This document shows, piece after piece, positions 21,601 through 30,521 of a stretch of DNA of 64,000 nt; the stretch's first letter is position 1, and the number at the start of each line of letters is the position of its first letter. The stretch is from Thermoanaerobaculia bacterium (GTDB lineage Bacteria > Acidobacteriota > Thermoanaerobaculia > Multivoradales > Multivoraceae). The position numbers and the translations under genes were made by a program. The stretch is from positions 2,368,001 through 2,432,000 of the forward strand of contig OY761158.1 in NCBI GenBank assembly GCA_963664405.1, written 5' to 3'. The notes beneath the pieces were generated by a model. That model made no database searches. It saw nothing but the letters and a program-made list of their open reading frames with translations, and was not told where the DNA came from.

Positions 21601-21736
21601 CGGCGGCCTGCTCTTCTCCACCGTCTTCACTCTGCTGATGATTCCGGCGATCCACTATCTGGTCGTGCGGATCGCCCAGAAGTTGCATATCAATACGATC
21701 CCACCGCTGATCGAGCTGGAAGCTGTGGAGCGGTGA
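18641..21736 (+). CDS. RND efflux permease (AcrB/HAE1 family)
   Basis: SIRRPV, REYPDVEYP, VDDSIVVMEN, TKNSILLVDFAN, RFRPILMT; 1031 aa. Confidence 0.95.
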   Translation: MRISDLSIRRPVMATVLNLLILVAGGVAYFTLEVREYPDVEYPVISINTLYFGASPQTIEATITEPLEQVLNGMDGVRSITSSSAFSVSTINVEFEAGRDIDLATTDVSNSIQQALGDLPQEAERPVVIKSSSESGSIMYLSLEGGGLNSIDRTDVADRMVKTSLQLIPGVSSVRVMGELYAMRVWLDPAKMAARGVDPADVRQAILENNLQVPAGEVEGAARKFTLNLDAQIDDPRVYERLVIRRDGERIVRIGDVGWVELGADDYRKISRHNGEETTAVGINRQSRANELEVSDAVQAKLADIRPSLPEGMDIKVSTDFTLFVRETLRQVWETLAIVFALVVLVNLFFLRSKTTTIITSVAIPISLIGTFAVVKIAGFSINALTLLALVLVIGMLVDDSIVVMENIYRRQELGEPPMLAARNGTREVGFPVIATTAAVVAVLVPLAMMSGNTGQLFREFALTMAAAVIISTFVALTVVPMACSRFLNVSQKHGLVWRVIEGILRAAVGAYSRGLEICLRHRFSVALVFLLVLAGTVWMVQVIPKTLVPVEDRGVIMTFVRAPQGSTAAYTDAAMKQVEAIFLEVPEVQSFFAIVSMGFFGPGDTSQGIVFSHLRPWSERERRQQDIVAELRPKMMAIPEALVFPSNPSSLGQSFRNADIQVALKSPNADLEEFGQVSEALVQRLRNDPALSNVDTNMRLDNPQLDIVIDRERASDLGISVSRVAEALRLLVSQGRTDDFILRARQYDVVMALASRYRSIPEQLGEIHLRAGDGTMVPLSSLAAAVPTIAPAILSHFDLQRAVTLSANLSPGFSMGEALDRISTALDEVMPEGFTMALSGASREFVDSAGTIYVTFGIALLIIYLVLAAQFESFLHPLTVMLSVPLATLGALAALQMLGHTLNIYSAIGLILLVGLVTKNSILLVDFANQERARGKGLLESLRSAGSTRFRPILMTSMTSILGALPLALATGAGAESRRPIGAAVVGGLLFSTVFTLLMIPAIHYLVVRIAQKLHINTIPPLIELEAVER

Positions 21737-21757
21737 CCCGGGCCCCTCTTTGTGGCA

Positions 21758-22336
21758 ATGGACACGGACAAGTCGGCCGAGTATTCACCCATGCTCCGAA
21801 GCGAACGTCTAGTCCTGAGGGAGTTCCGTGACCAGGACTTTGACGCGGTACATGCGTACGCGGTCGATCCAGATGTCGTCCGCTACATGCCGTGGGGGCC
21901 GAACTCGGAGGCCGAGACCCGGGATTTTCTCGAGCGAGCTCAGTCGTACACCGAGATGGAACCGCGAGTCGAGTTCGAGCTCGCCGTCGTGGGTGCGGAC
22001 TCGGGGCAACTCATTGGCGGTATCGGGATTCACGCCGATGGGACCAATGCCATGTTGGGCTACTGTCTCGCGAAGCCGGCATGGAGCAAGGGGTACGCTA
22101 CGGAAGCAGCCCGAGTCGTGACAGGTTTCGGCTTCGAGAAGTTGAGCGCCCACCGGATCTGGGCAAGCTGCGACCCGGACAACACCGCATCCATCGGTGT
22201 GCTGACGAAACTCGGGATGACCAGAGAAGGACGCCGACGGCAGGATTGTCGAATCCGCGGTGAGTGGCGAGACTCCCTCTTGTTCTCGATTCTCGATGAC
22301 GAGTGGGCACGGCCAAACGAAACCGATACCGGCTGA
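21758..22336 (+). CDS. GNAT acetyltransferase, RimJ/RimL family
   Basis: SERLVLREF, WSKGYATEA, NTASIGVLTKLGMTREG. Start could be 21752, 21758 or 21791. Confidence 0.9.
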   Translation: MDTDKSAEYSPMLRSERLVLREFRDQDFDAVHAYAVDPDVVRYMPWGPNSEAETRDFLERAQSYTEMEPRVEFELAVVGADSGQLIGGIGIHADGTNAMLGYCLAKPAWSKGYATEAARVVTGFGFEKLSAHRIWASCDPDNTASIGVLTKLGMTREGRRRQDCRIRGEWRDSLLFSILDDEWARPNETDTG

Positions 22337-22442
22337 CCTCGCCGCGGCGCCCTCGTTTGTCGAGCGGGCCTTCGTCGATCGTGTGCGCGAGCGAATCTGC
22401 AGACTATGAGGACACTGGCAGGGAACGCCAGGAGTCGGACCG

Positions 22443-22477
22443 TAGACGTTTTGACGTTAAGACGCTAAAATGACCCC
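22443..22477 (+). promoter_or_regulatory. Sigma70-type promoter of the toxin-antitoxin operon with a probable RHH operator
   Basis: TAGACG-17 nt-TAAAAT, then 6 nt to ATG (leaderless geometry). GACG repeated at 8-bp spacing (22445, 22453, 22461). Confidence 0.7.
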
Positions 22478-22711
22478 ATGTCAGCCGCACAAAAAAGAGC
22501 AACCGTCTATTTTGACGCCGATCTTCACCGTGCGCTACGAGTGAAGGCAGCGGAGACGGACAGCAACATCTCCGAGCTTGTCAACGATGCGGTCAAGTTA
22601 ACCCTCGCAGAAGACGCGGAGGACTTGGCGGTCTTTGAAGAACGCGCTATCGAGCCGAACCTACGCTTTGAAGACGTAGTCAAGGACCTGAAGCAGCGTG
22701 GCAAGATTTGA
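22478..22711 (+). CDS. CopG/ribbon-helix-helix antitoxin
   Basis: KRATVYFDADLHRALRVKAA..ISELVNDAV; acidic C-terminus; overlaps the toxin gene. Confidence 0.85.
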   Translation: MSAAQKRATVYFDADLHRALRVKAAETDSNISELVNDAVKLTLAEDAEDLAVFEERAIEPNLRFEDVVKDLKQRGKI

Positions 22712-22967
22712 GCTCCTCATCAAGCCCTCCGCGGCCAAAGAGCTCGAATCGCTTCCTCGCAAGAAAGATCGGCAGCGAATAGCCGAGAGGATCGGCCGGC
22801 TCACCGACGATCCGCGCCCGCCGGGATGCCAGAAGCTCTCAGGTCGAGACCGCTACCGAATACGCCAAGGCGTCTACCGCATCGTGTACTCGATTCAAGA
22901 CAAGCAGTTGATCGTTGTCGTCATCAAAATCGGCCATCGCAAGGACGTCTATCGGGGAGCACCCTAA
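22698..22967 (+). CDS. Type II toxin, RelE/ParE family
   Basis: IKPSAAKEL, PRPPGCQKLSG, YRIRQGVYRIVY, KIGHRKDVYR. Confidence 0.92.
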   Translation: MARFELLIKPSAAKELESLPRKKDRQRIAERIGRLTDDPRPPGCQKLSGRDRYRIRQGVYRIVYSIQDKQLIVVVIKIGHRKDVYRGAP

Positions 22968-22971
22968 CCAA

Positions 22972-23778
22972 GTGCCAGCTCGCACTAGAGTCCTGCTCGC
23001 CGTTGTTCTCGGCACCCACGGGGTACAGATCTCCTCTCTAGAGACTCCTCCTAACCCAGCCCGGGCCGAATCGGTGACGATCGAATACGTAGCCCACGCG
23101 TGTTTTCGTTTCACCTCTCCCGACGGAGCTAGAGTGCTTGTCGATCCATTCGCCAGCAGAGTCTGGATCGGGTACGACTTTCCTCCCGGCATCGACGCCG
23201 ACACCGTTCTCATCACCCATCCGCATTACGATCACGACGGTGGTGTCTCGGTCGATCGTCGGCCGCCTTGGGCAGAGGGGGCCACGGTACTGCGAGAGCC
23301 AGGCCTCCACGATGAGGGTGGTTTCAGGATCCTGGGCATTCGTGGCAAGCACGCGGACCCGTGGGGAAAGGAGTTCGGACAGACCAACACCGTCTGGCTA
23401 CTCGAGGCGGCCGGCCTCCGAATCGCCCACCTGGGAGACAACGGGCCACTATCCAGGGATGCCATAGACAAGCTCGGCAAGGTCGACATCCTCCTCGTAC
23501 CCATCGATTCCAAGTTCCACATCCTCCAGCGAGACGAGATCCGGGCGATTCTCGAGGAAATGTCTCCCAGAATTGTCATCCCCATGCACTATCGACACCC
23601 CGATCTCGAATCGGACGATTCCGCGCCAGAAGACCTGGGGGATATCGACGGCTGGCTGCGGCAGCGCGAGCGTGTGCGCCGGCTCGCTTCGCACGAGATC
23701 CGGATCTCTCCCGACGATCTACCGGCGGAGCAGGAGATTCTAGTGCTCCAGCACTGGCCAGCGATTCAACGGCAGTGA
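22972..23778 (+). CDS. Metallo-beta-lactamase-fold hydrolase
   Basis: AHACF, THPHYDHD, HLGD, IPMHY. Start re-called to GTG 22972. Confidence 0.85.
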   Translation: MPARTRVLLAVVLGTHGVQISSLETPPNPARAESVTIEYVAHACFRFTSPDGARVLVDPFASRVWIGYDFPPGIDADTVLITHPHYDHDGGVSVDRRPPWAEGATVLREPGLHDEGGFRILGIRGKHADPWGKEFGQTNTVWLLEAAGLRIAHLGDNGPLSRDAIDKLGKVDILLVPIDSKFHILQRDEIRAILEEMSPRIVIPMHYRHPDLESDDSAPEDLGDIDGWLRQRERVRRLASHEIRISPDDLPAEQEILVLQHWPAIQRQ

Positions 23779-23833
23779 GCCATCTCTTCCCCATCGACAC
23801 TGGTAGCTTCTCAGCTGAGAAGAGCAACCAGAC

Positions 23834-24520
23834 ATGAAATCGGAAGAAGAGCTCCTCCTCGAGCAGAAGGCCTACTACCGCGCCAGATCGGCGGAGTATG
23901 ACGACTGGTTCTACCGACGAGACCGCTTCTACAAAGGCGAAGACCACAAAGCGCGTTGGGAGGGTGAAGTTCAGATCCTGCGATCCGCTCTCGACCACCA
24001 ATCGCCGAGCGGCACGATCCTCGAGCTCGCATGCGGAACCGGCATTTGGACCCAAGAGCTGGCTCGCTACGCAGAGAGTCTCGACGTCGTCGACTCATCG
24101 CCTGAAGTTCTGGAGATCTGCAAGTCGAAGATCCAGCACCCGAGGATCACTTTTCATTGCAGTGACATCTTTGATTGGGCTCCGCAGAGAAAATACGACT
24201 TCGTTTTCTTCTCTTTCTGGCTCTCCCACGTTCCACCTTCGCGATTCGCTCCGTTTTGGAAGAAGGTCCGAGCTGCTCTCGACCCTGGAGGAGCCGTCTT
24301 CTTCCTCGACAACGCGCAGAACCTCGGAGCGCCCACAGACCAGCAGCCGCGCTCCGAGGATGATTGGCTGGCTCGCCGCGACCTCCGAGACGGACGCGAG
24401 TTCGATATCGTCAAGATCTTCTACGAACCGTCCGAATTGGAGGAGCAACTCCGATCGCTTGGTTGGACTTGCCGGGTTAGGAGGACGGACAGTTTCTTTA
24501 TCTATGGCGAGGCATCGTGA
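23834..24520 (+). CDS. Class I SAM-dependent methyltransferase
   Basis: LELACGTGIWT, FSFWLSHVP. Confidence 0.9.
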   Translation: MKSEEELLLEQKAYYRARSAEYDDWFYRRDRFYKGEDHKARWEGEVQILRSALDHQSPSGTILELACGTGIWTQELARYAESLDVVDSSPEVLEICKSKIQHPRITFHCSDIFDWAPQRKYDFVFFSFWLSHVPPSRFAPFWKKVRAALDPGGAVFFLDNAQNLGAPTDQQPRSEDDWLARRDLRDGREFDIVKIFYEPSELEEQLRSLGWTCRVRRTDSFFIYGEAS

Positions 24521-25251
24521 CGCCTGCGATCAGCGCACGTCGGCCAGCCCTCAACCTCAGTGGGTCCGTGATGGCTGTTCCCGGCTCAATCCTCTTTGAC
24601 CTCGACAACACACTCAACGATCGAAGGGGTGCGATCGATCGTTATTGCAAAGCCTTCCTCGACGAGTTCGGGTCCCAGCTCCTAGAGGAACCAAACCTTG
24701 CGAGCTTGCTAGCCGAGGCGGATCAGGGTGGGTACAGCGAAACCCGATCCGCGGACATCTGTCGCCTCTTGCCCTGGCGATCGATCCCGACGCCTGAAGC
24801 CATCCACTCTCACTGGCGAATTCACTTTCCGCGGTCGACAGTTCCGTGCCCCGGACTCATCGAAACACTCGATTTCATGCGTCGACAGCAGATCAAGCTT
24901 GCAATCGTGACTAACGGCGGGCTCGAGGGCCAGAGGACAAAGATCGGATTGCTGGGTATTCAGGATTTCTTCGACACTGTCGTCATCTCGGGAGCCGTAG
25001 GCTTTGGCAAGCCGGACAGGCGGATATTCGAGCTCGCACTCTCTGAAATAGGAAGCCAAGCGCAGCAAGCTTGGTTCGTCGGAGATCACCCGCGCAATGA
25101 CATCCTTGGAGCCGAGTCCGCCGGCCTCACGCCGATCTGGATGTCCGGCCGCCATCCCTGGCCGAGTGAAGTGCCAGAGCCTCAGATGCAGATCTCCGCT
25201 CTCCCCGAATTGGTTGCCCTGATCGAGGCTGCCGCCTCAGGAGGTGGGTGA
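24517..25251 (+). CDS. HAD-family hydrolase
   Basis: FDLDNTL, VTNG, KPD, VGDHPRNDILGA. Confidence 0.9.
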   Translation: MTPAISARRPALNLSGSVMAVPGSILFDLDNTLNDRRGAIDRYCKAFLDEFGSQLLEEPNLASLLAEADQGGYSETRSADICRLLPWRSIPTPEAIHSHWRIHFPRSTVPCPGLIETLDFMRRQQIKLAIVTNGGLEGQRTKIGLLGIQDFFDTVVISGAVGFGKPDRRIFELALSEIGSQAQQAWFVGDHPRNDILGAESAGLTPIWMSGRHPWPSEVPEPQMQISALPELVALIEAAASGGG

Positions 25252-25254
25252 ACG

Positions 25255-26013
25255 TTGCCTCCCAGCCTAGACTACGACCCCATCTCCCCGGTCTACGACG
25301 CGAGATACCGGTTCGGTGGGCCAGCGGGGGTTTTGAACGGCCTTCGGCAGCTAACGCGCTCTGGAGATGTGCGGAGGATCGCCGAGATCGGCTGCGGCAC
25401 CGGGCACTGGCTAGGCGAGTTGGAGAGCCTCGGGTGGACGTGTGGTCTCGATCTGTCGATGGGCATGCTGCGCAAGGCACAAGACAAGCTATGCGAGAGC
25501 CGGCTGCTCCGCGCAGACGCCCATCGTATTCCCCTCGAGTCGGAATCGATGGATCTGCTGTACTGCGTCAACGCACTTCATCACTTTACCGATCCGAGCG
25601 CAGTTATTGCGGAGACGGCAAGAGTCCTTCGAAAATCGGGCACTCTTGCCGTCGTGGGGATGGACCCACAGAGGGATGGAGACCAATGGTATTTATACGA
25701 CTTCTTTCCCGGAACGTTGGAGACAGACAAAGCCCGCTACCCCTCTACCCAGCAGATCGCATCTTGGATGAAGGGTTCAGGGCTGTCGGAGACCAGAAGC
25801 CGCGCGGCGGCGCGCATTCGGAATAGCACACGCGGAGAGGGCGTATTCGCAGACCCTATCCTCCATAAGAGCGGCACGTCCCAGCTGACGCTGCTCACCG
25901 ACGAGGCGTTTCGCGCCGGCATGACGCGCATCAGGTCGGCGATCGAAGACAATCCGACTGCGGTCTTCTCGACCGATGTGACACTGCATCTGACTGTGGG
26001 AAAACAACCGTGA
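25255..26013 (+). CDS. Class I SAM-dependent methyltransferase
   Basis: EIGCGTG, GLDLSMGML, ALHHF, RVLRKSG. Confidence 0.88.
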   Translation: MPPSLDYDPISPVYDARYRFGGPAGVLNGLRQLTRSGDVRRIAEIGCGTGHWLGELESLGWTCGLDLSMGMLRKAQDKLCESRLLRADAHRIPLESESMDLLYCVNALHHFTDPSAVIAETARVLRKSGTLAVVGMDPQRDGDQWYLYDFFPGTLETDKARYPSTQQIASWMKGSGLSETRSRAAARIRNSTRGEGVFADPILHKSGTSQLTLLTDEAFRAGMTRIRSAIEDNPTAVFSTDVTLHLTVGKQP

Positions 26014-26103
26014 CGCACGCGCAGGAACGTCGCCTTGAAGCGAACACTGAACCACGAAGGGAAGAGTGAGCGTGAAGCGCCACGGCTCAGGAAGGCGGCA
26101 GCT

Positions 26104-26148
26104 TTGAAAGTCGGCGTTCTTGCCTCGCATCACGGCACCACGCTTCAG
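26104..26148 (+). pseudogene. N-terminal remnant of a PurN-like formyltransferase
   Basis: TTG-KVGVLASHHGTTLQ resembles the PurN start; similarity stops where the repeat begins. Only 15 codons. Confidence 0.5.
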
Positions 26149-26411
26149 TGCGCCGTCCTCGGCCCCAAAAGGGAACTAGCTTTCGGAATGACATTCATCG
26201 TTTTCGAAAGCTAGCCGACCGGCCGTTCAGGGTGCCCCAGATCGCCGCAGCGCAGGAGCGAGGCGACGCAGGCGTACTCTGGCGTACTCCTAGGAGCCGA
26301 GCGACCCTTCACTCTGGCTGGCTGGATGGCCGGAGGAAATCCGAATGCGCCGTCCTCGGCGCCATGTTCCGCATCCGGAGGAAGTGATACCGATCACTTC
26401 CGTAGGATGCG
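26148..26411. repeat. Repeat family 2, composite copy (two modules)
   Basis: tgcgccgtcctcgg(c/g)cc followed by a palindrome, at 26148-26214 (CTAG-bounded hairpin) and 26346-26411 (ggaagtgat-accg-atcacttcc). Confidence 0.8.
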
Positions 26412-26559
26412 ACGAGCACGCGGTGAGGTGGGGTGCCCTGGACGGCCGGCGCTACCAGTCGAAGGTCACATAACCCAGCGCACGACGCTCGAGCAGGTCG
26501 CCATAAGCGATCTCGAACTGCAAGAAGAACTACGGTTCCTGCCACTCAAACGGATGGAG

Positions 26560-26736
26560 CTAGACCAGCGTTTCCAAAGTTCGCGCACAGATCTCGGCCC
26601 CTTCTGCTCGCTGGCGGCGTTGGCTAGGCGCCCCCCCGCTCCTCGACATATTCCCAATATGCCTGCGTCGGTGCGCCTTGCCAGCAAACAGAATGACCTC
26701 GAGCTATGTACACGAACTTTGGAAACACTGGTCTAG
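26560..26736 (-). mobile_element. MITE family 1, full copy (177 bp, inverted relative to the other copies)
   Basis: CTAGACCAGCGTTTCCAAAGTTCG...CGAACTTTGGAAACACTGGTCTAG; the right CTAG overlaps the TAG stop of the adjacent gene. Confidence 0.9.
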
Positions 26737-27251
26737 TAGCTACCCATCTCGAGCACGGCCGAGGCCAGCTCGTTGATCTCGTCACCCATTCGATGCACAG
26801 CCTTGACCGTCAGGTAGTAGCGATTCCCTCTACCCCCGGAGCAAGGAGGCAGATAAGCGCCGGCCTTGTCCCAGTTCGGCGCCTTGTGCTCCATGGCGAC
26901 AAAGAAGGGAGCCTCGAGGTCGCTCGTATGACCTGGTGCCCGTGGCACTGTGACCTCGGTCGTCCCTGAAGAGAGCGAGAACCCGACCTTGCCATGGCCA
27001 CCGTTATCCATCGCGGCTACGGACCCATCGCTGAACTCGAGCACCAGAGCATTGGCCTTGTCCGGGATTCCGCTCACCTCGAGCTCGGGAGTCTTGCCTG
27101 CACCGCCGAACTTCTGGCACTGCTCTCCCTCCGGCACCTTTGCACCGTCCCAAACCGGATCGCTGAAAGAAGCCGAGAAATCGCCGGCGGCGAGTGGCGC
27201 GGACAGGATGAGAGCCGAGACGAGAACTAAGAGCTGAGAATGACGAAACAT
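26733..27251 (-). CDS. Secreted PEBP/YbhB-YbcL-like protein
   Basis: Signal peptide, TPELEVSGIP, YLPPCSGGRGNRYYLTVKA; SD GAGGAGG. Confidence 0.7.
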   Translation of the reverse strand: MFRHSQLLVLVSALILSAPLAAGDFSASFSDPVWDGAKVPEGEQCQKFGGAGKTPELEVSGIPDKANALVLEFSDGSVAAMDNGGHGKVGFSLSSGTTEVTVPRAPGHTSDLEAPFFVAMEHKAPNWDKAGAYLPPCSGGRGNRYYLTVKAVHRMGDEINELASAVLEMGSY

Positions 27252-27278
27252 GGCTTCCTCCTCGGAAGTGGCTTGGGA

Positions 27279-28376
27279 CTAAATGACACCTAGCTCGACC
27301 AACGAATCACCGGTGTCCTTGAGAGTCTCGAGTACTGTGTGGGTCTCGAGACCCAGCTCGTTGATCGCTTTGGTGCATTTCGCAAGCGGCTGGTTGGGCG
27401 TGGGCGGTGGCTGGTAGTCGCCGCCTACATTACGGTCGGGGTAGAGCTCCCGCAAAGTATCGATGAGCTCTCGGACTGTCAGCTCACCGGACGCATCCGT
27501 CGCCACCAGCATGTAGCGCGAGCCGTTCCGAGCCACGCCACTGGTTGCGGCCAGGCGCTGCGCCTGTGCGATGTCGCGCACATCAATGATATTCCACAAC
27601 ATGTTGGGGCGACCTTCGTGACCACCCTCGCCCTGGAGCATCAGCCCGATGCGGCGTTGCCATCCGGTGTTCTGTGACTTTCCCAAGATCGGGCCGAGCA
27701 CATGGCAGGGGTTGATCGAGACCACGTCGATTCCGAACTCTTCCCCGAAGGAGTAGGCGTACCGCTCGGCTTCGACCTTGCCCATCGCATAGGGTTGCCG
27801 CTCGAGAGTCCAAAGCTTGTGGACCTTGCCGGTCCGCGGGCTGGTGACGGTCCACCTGGCCTCGATCGTCTCGTAAGGACCAGGGCCGGCCCAGTCGTCG
27901 TCTTTGTACTCGTAGCCGCTGGCGTCGCTCCCGCCTTCCCCCACGCCCATCACCGCTGCCGTCGAAGAGGTGTAGACGACACGCTTCACGGTTCCAGCCT
28001 TGCGACAGGACTCGAGAACCCCCTTGGTGGTCGTCATACAACCATCGAAGGTTCGCTGGGGGTTGCGCTCTCCATAGGTCGGATCGCTGCCGAGATCGGC
28101 GGCGACGTGGAAGACGGCAACGCAACCGGCAAAGACGTCGTCATAGGCACCCTCATTTGCCTTGAACAGGTCACAGGAGAAGACCTCCAAGCTTCCCGAC
28201 CCCTTGCCGTTCATCGCCAACAGATACGACACTTTGTCTTCGCGACTGGCGTCGCGGACGCAGGCACGAATCGTGTATCCGGCTTCCACCAGATTCTTGG
28301 TGACGTGAGATCCGATGTAGCCCGAAGCGCCGGTCACGGCGACGGGTCCTTCAGAGGGTCCGGAGATCGGGGGCAT
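27279..28376 (-). CDS. NAD-dependent epimerase/dehydratase (aldehyde reductase-like extended SDR)
   Basis: VTGASGYIG, YTSSTAA, YAMGK (YxxxK), IDVRDIA. Confidence 0.9.
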   Translation of the reverse strand: MPPISGPSEGPVAVTGASGYIGSHVTKNLVEAGYTIRACVRDASREDKVSYLLAMNGKGSGSLEVFSCDLFKANEGAYDDVFAGCVAVFHVAADLGSDPTYGERNPQRTFDGCMTTTKGVLESCRKAGTVKRVVYTSSTAAVMGVGEGGSDASGYEYKDDDWAGPGPYETIEARWTVTSPRTGKVHKLWTLERQPYAMGKVEAERYAYSFGEEFGIDVVSINPCHVLGPILGKSQNTGWQRRIGLMLQGEGGHEGRPNMLWNIIDVRDIAQAQRLAATSGVARNGSRYMLVATDASGELTVRELIDTLRELYPDRNVGGDYQPPPTPNQPLAKCTKAINELGLETHTVLETLKDTGDSLVELGVI

Positions 28377-28468
28377 GGCCAGGTTTCCTTTCTTCGTCAG
28401 CTCACACTTCTATCACGAGCCGACCCCATCGCGATCAGCGACCAACCCAGACCCCCGCTCGCACGGCA

Positions 28469-30418
28469 TCAGGGAAGCGAGAGTGCGATGAGGCCCGCGT
28501 CCCCACCACCCCCTCGGGCGAAGGCGATGTACTGCTTGCCCCCGGCCAGGTAGCTCATCGGAGTCCCGGACGGAGTCCCTTCGATCATGAGCTCGTGGAC
28601 GACCTCGCCGGTCTTCTTGTCGAAGGCGCGGAAGTAGGAGTCGCCACCCGTAGCGCCGAAGATCTCGGGAACCGCGCCCTGGGCGAGAAAGAGCAAGCTC
28701 TTGGTGAGAAGTGGCCCGCCGCCGTAGGTCATTCCCCCCACCGGTCCGGGGTCCGGAATTCCCATTTCGATCAGTTCCTGACGAATGCCCTCGCCGTGAG
28801 GAACCTGCCAGGCGATCTCGCCGGTACCCAGATCGATCGCGGTGATCCGACCATAGGGGGGCTTGGTGAGTGGGAGACCGCGAGGACCCTCGAGCCGACG
28901 CACCCCTGCCGGCCGCCCTCGCACATAGCGAAAGTTGGAGCGCGCCGGGTCGGGCTCGTTGAGGCCGACAAAGATCGGACTGGTGTTCGACGGCACGTAG
29001 AGAGTGCCGGTATCGACGTCGACCGCCGCGCCCATCCAGTTCGCGCCGCCGCCCCAGCCCGGCAGTTGAATCGTACCGTTATTGGTCTCGGTGATGACCG
29101 TCGGCGGCGTGAACATCGGTCCCACGGTGTAACTCTCGAGGATCTCCAACGCCTCCGCCCGCAGCTCCGGCGTAAAGTCGATGAGGTGGTCACGGATGTC
29201 GCCCTGATAGTCGAAGGCGGGCGGCTTGGTCGGGAAGGGCTGGGTCGGGGACGCCTGCTCACCCGGGACGTCGCTCTTCGGCGCCGCACGCTCTTCGATT
29301 GGCCAGATCGGCTCCCCCGTGACCCGGTCGAAGACGTAAGTGAAGGCCTGCTTGGTCACCACCGCCACCCCTTTGACGGCTTTGCCATTCACCACCGTAT
29401 CGAAGAGCGTCGGCGCGGCCGGGATGTCGTAGTCCCACAGTCCGTGGTGAATCAATTGGTAGTGCCACACCAGCTCGCCGGTCTCCGCCTTGACGCAGAC
29501 GATCGACTCCGCGAAGACGTTGTCGCCGGACCGGTGCCCGCCGTACCAATCGTTGGTCGGGGTGCCGAAGGGAAGGTAGATCAGGCCGAGCTCGGTGTCG
29601 GCGGTCATATTGGTCCACACATTGGCGTTGCCCGAATAGTCGGCGGACCCGTCGAGCCAAGTGTCATAGCCCGTCTGGCCGGGAAGTGGTGGGTTGTGGA
29701 AGGTCCACACCAACTCGCCCGAGCGCACGTCGAAAGCACGCACATCCCCGGGCGGCATCTCCTTGCGTACAGGACCGTCCATGATCGACGAGCCGACCAC
29801 GACCACATTGCCGACGACCAGCGGCGAGGACACGTTGCCGATGTTGCGACGGTTCGGGGTGCGGCGGAGAGTCGCGGCCAGATCGACTCGGCCCCCTTCG
29901 CCAAAGCTCTCGATCGGCTTCCCGGTCTTGGCGTCGATCGCCCACAGACTCGCGTCGCCACTGGGCTGCAGGATCCGCTCCTCTTCCCCATCGGTCCAAT
30001 AGCCGACGCCACGGCTATTGAAGCCGAGGTTGGTTGGGCGCCCAGCCTCTCGGCTCTTGGTGTCGAAGGTCCAGAGGGTCTCGCCGCTCTTCGCGTCGAT
30101 CGAGGCCACGAAGCCCAGCGAAGTATTGATGAAGAGACGGCCGCCAACCATCAGCGGAGTCGACTTGAAGGAGGCCGGTTGCGAGCGGCGATCCTCACCA
30201 GCGGCTCCGTTGTCCGGAGAGTCCCAGGTCCAAGCGACTTCGAGATTCTTGACATTGTCGGCGTTGATCTGATCGAGCGCCGTGTACTGAGTCGAACCGT
30301 GGTCTCCGTGGTAGGAGACCCACTCTCCGTTGGGGGCGCCGTGCTGGGCAAACAGCGGCAGGGTCGAAAACAGCAGGGCCCACGAAGCGGAGGCACTCCA
30401 GCGGATCGCTTTCTTCAC
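28469..30418 (-). CDS. PQQ-dependent dehydrogenase (glucose/quinate family, soluble type)
   Basis: LDQINADNV, LEVAW, HHGLWDYDIP, GGANW, KPPYGRITAID, GTPMSY..GKQYI. GTG start at 30418 with SD GAGGAG. Confidence 0.92.
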   Translation of the reverse strand: MKKAIRWSASASWALLFSTLPLFAQHGAPNGEWVSYHGDHGSTQYTALDQINADNVKNLEVAWTWDSPDNGAAGEDRRSQPASFKSTPLMVGGRLFINTSLGFVASIDAKSGETLWTFDTKSREAGRPTNLGFNSRGVGYWTDGEEERILQPSGDASLWAIDAKTGKPIESFGEGGRVDLAATLRRTPNRRNIGNVSSPLVVGNVVVVGSSIMDGPVRKEMPPGDVRAFDVRSGELVWTFHNPPLPGQTGYDTWLDGSADYSGNANVWTNMTADTELGLIYLPFGTPTNDWYGGHRSGDNVFAESIVCVKAETGELVWHYQLIHHGLWDYDIPAAPTLFDTVVNGKAVKGVAVVTKQAFTYVFDRVTGEPIWPIEERAAPKSDVPGEQASPTQPFPTKPPAFDYQGDIRDHLIDFTPELRAEALEILESYTVGPMFTPPTVITETNNGTIQLPGWGGGANWMGAAVDVDTGTLYVPSNTSPIFVGLNEPDPARSNFRYVRGRPAGVRRLEGPRGLPLTKPPYGRITAIDLGTGEIAWQVPHGEGIRQELIEMGIPDPGPVGGMTYGGGPLLTKSLLFLAQGAVPEIFGATGGDSYFRAFDKKTGEVVHELMIEGTPSGTPMSYLAGGKQYIAFARGGGGDAGLIALSLP

Positions 30419-30521
30419 ACGAGACTCCTCTTGGCCAGCAGGCTCCGGAACCGGCACCCTATCGAAACGAGCGGCGGCTCACCACCGCTGGCAATTTCGG
30501 CAGGATGTGGCCGGGAGTCGG

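Noticed and set aside
26380-26402. CRP/FNR/Fur operator (GTGA-N6-TCAC)
   Set aside because: It is part of a dispersed repeat found mostly at gene 3' ends rather than at promoters.
26412-26559. Possible gene fragment between the two repeat families
   Set aside because: It looks coding-like but has no recognisable motif, so I could not assign it.
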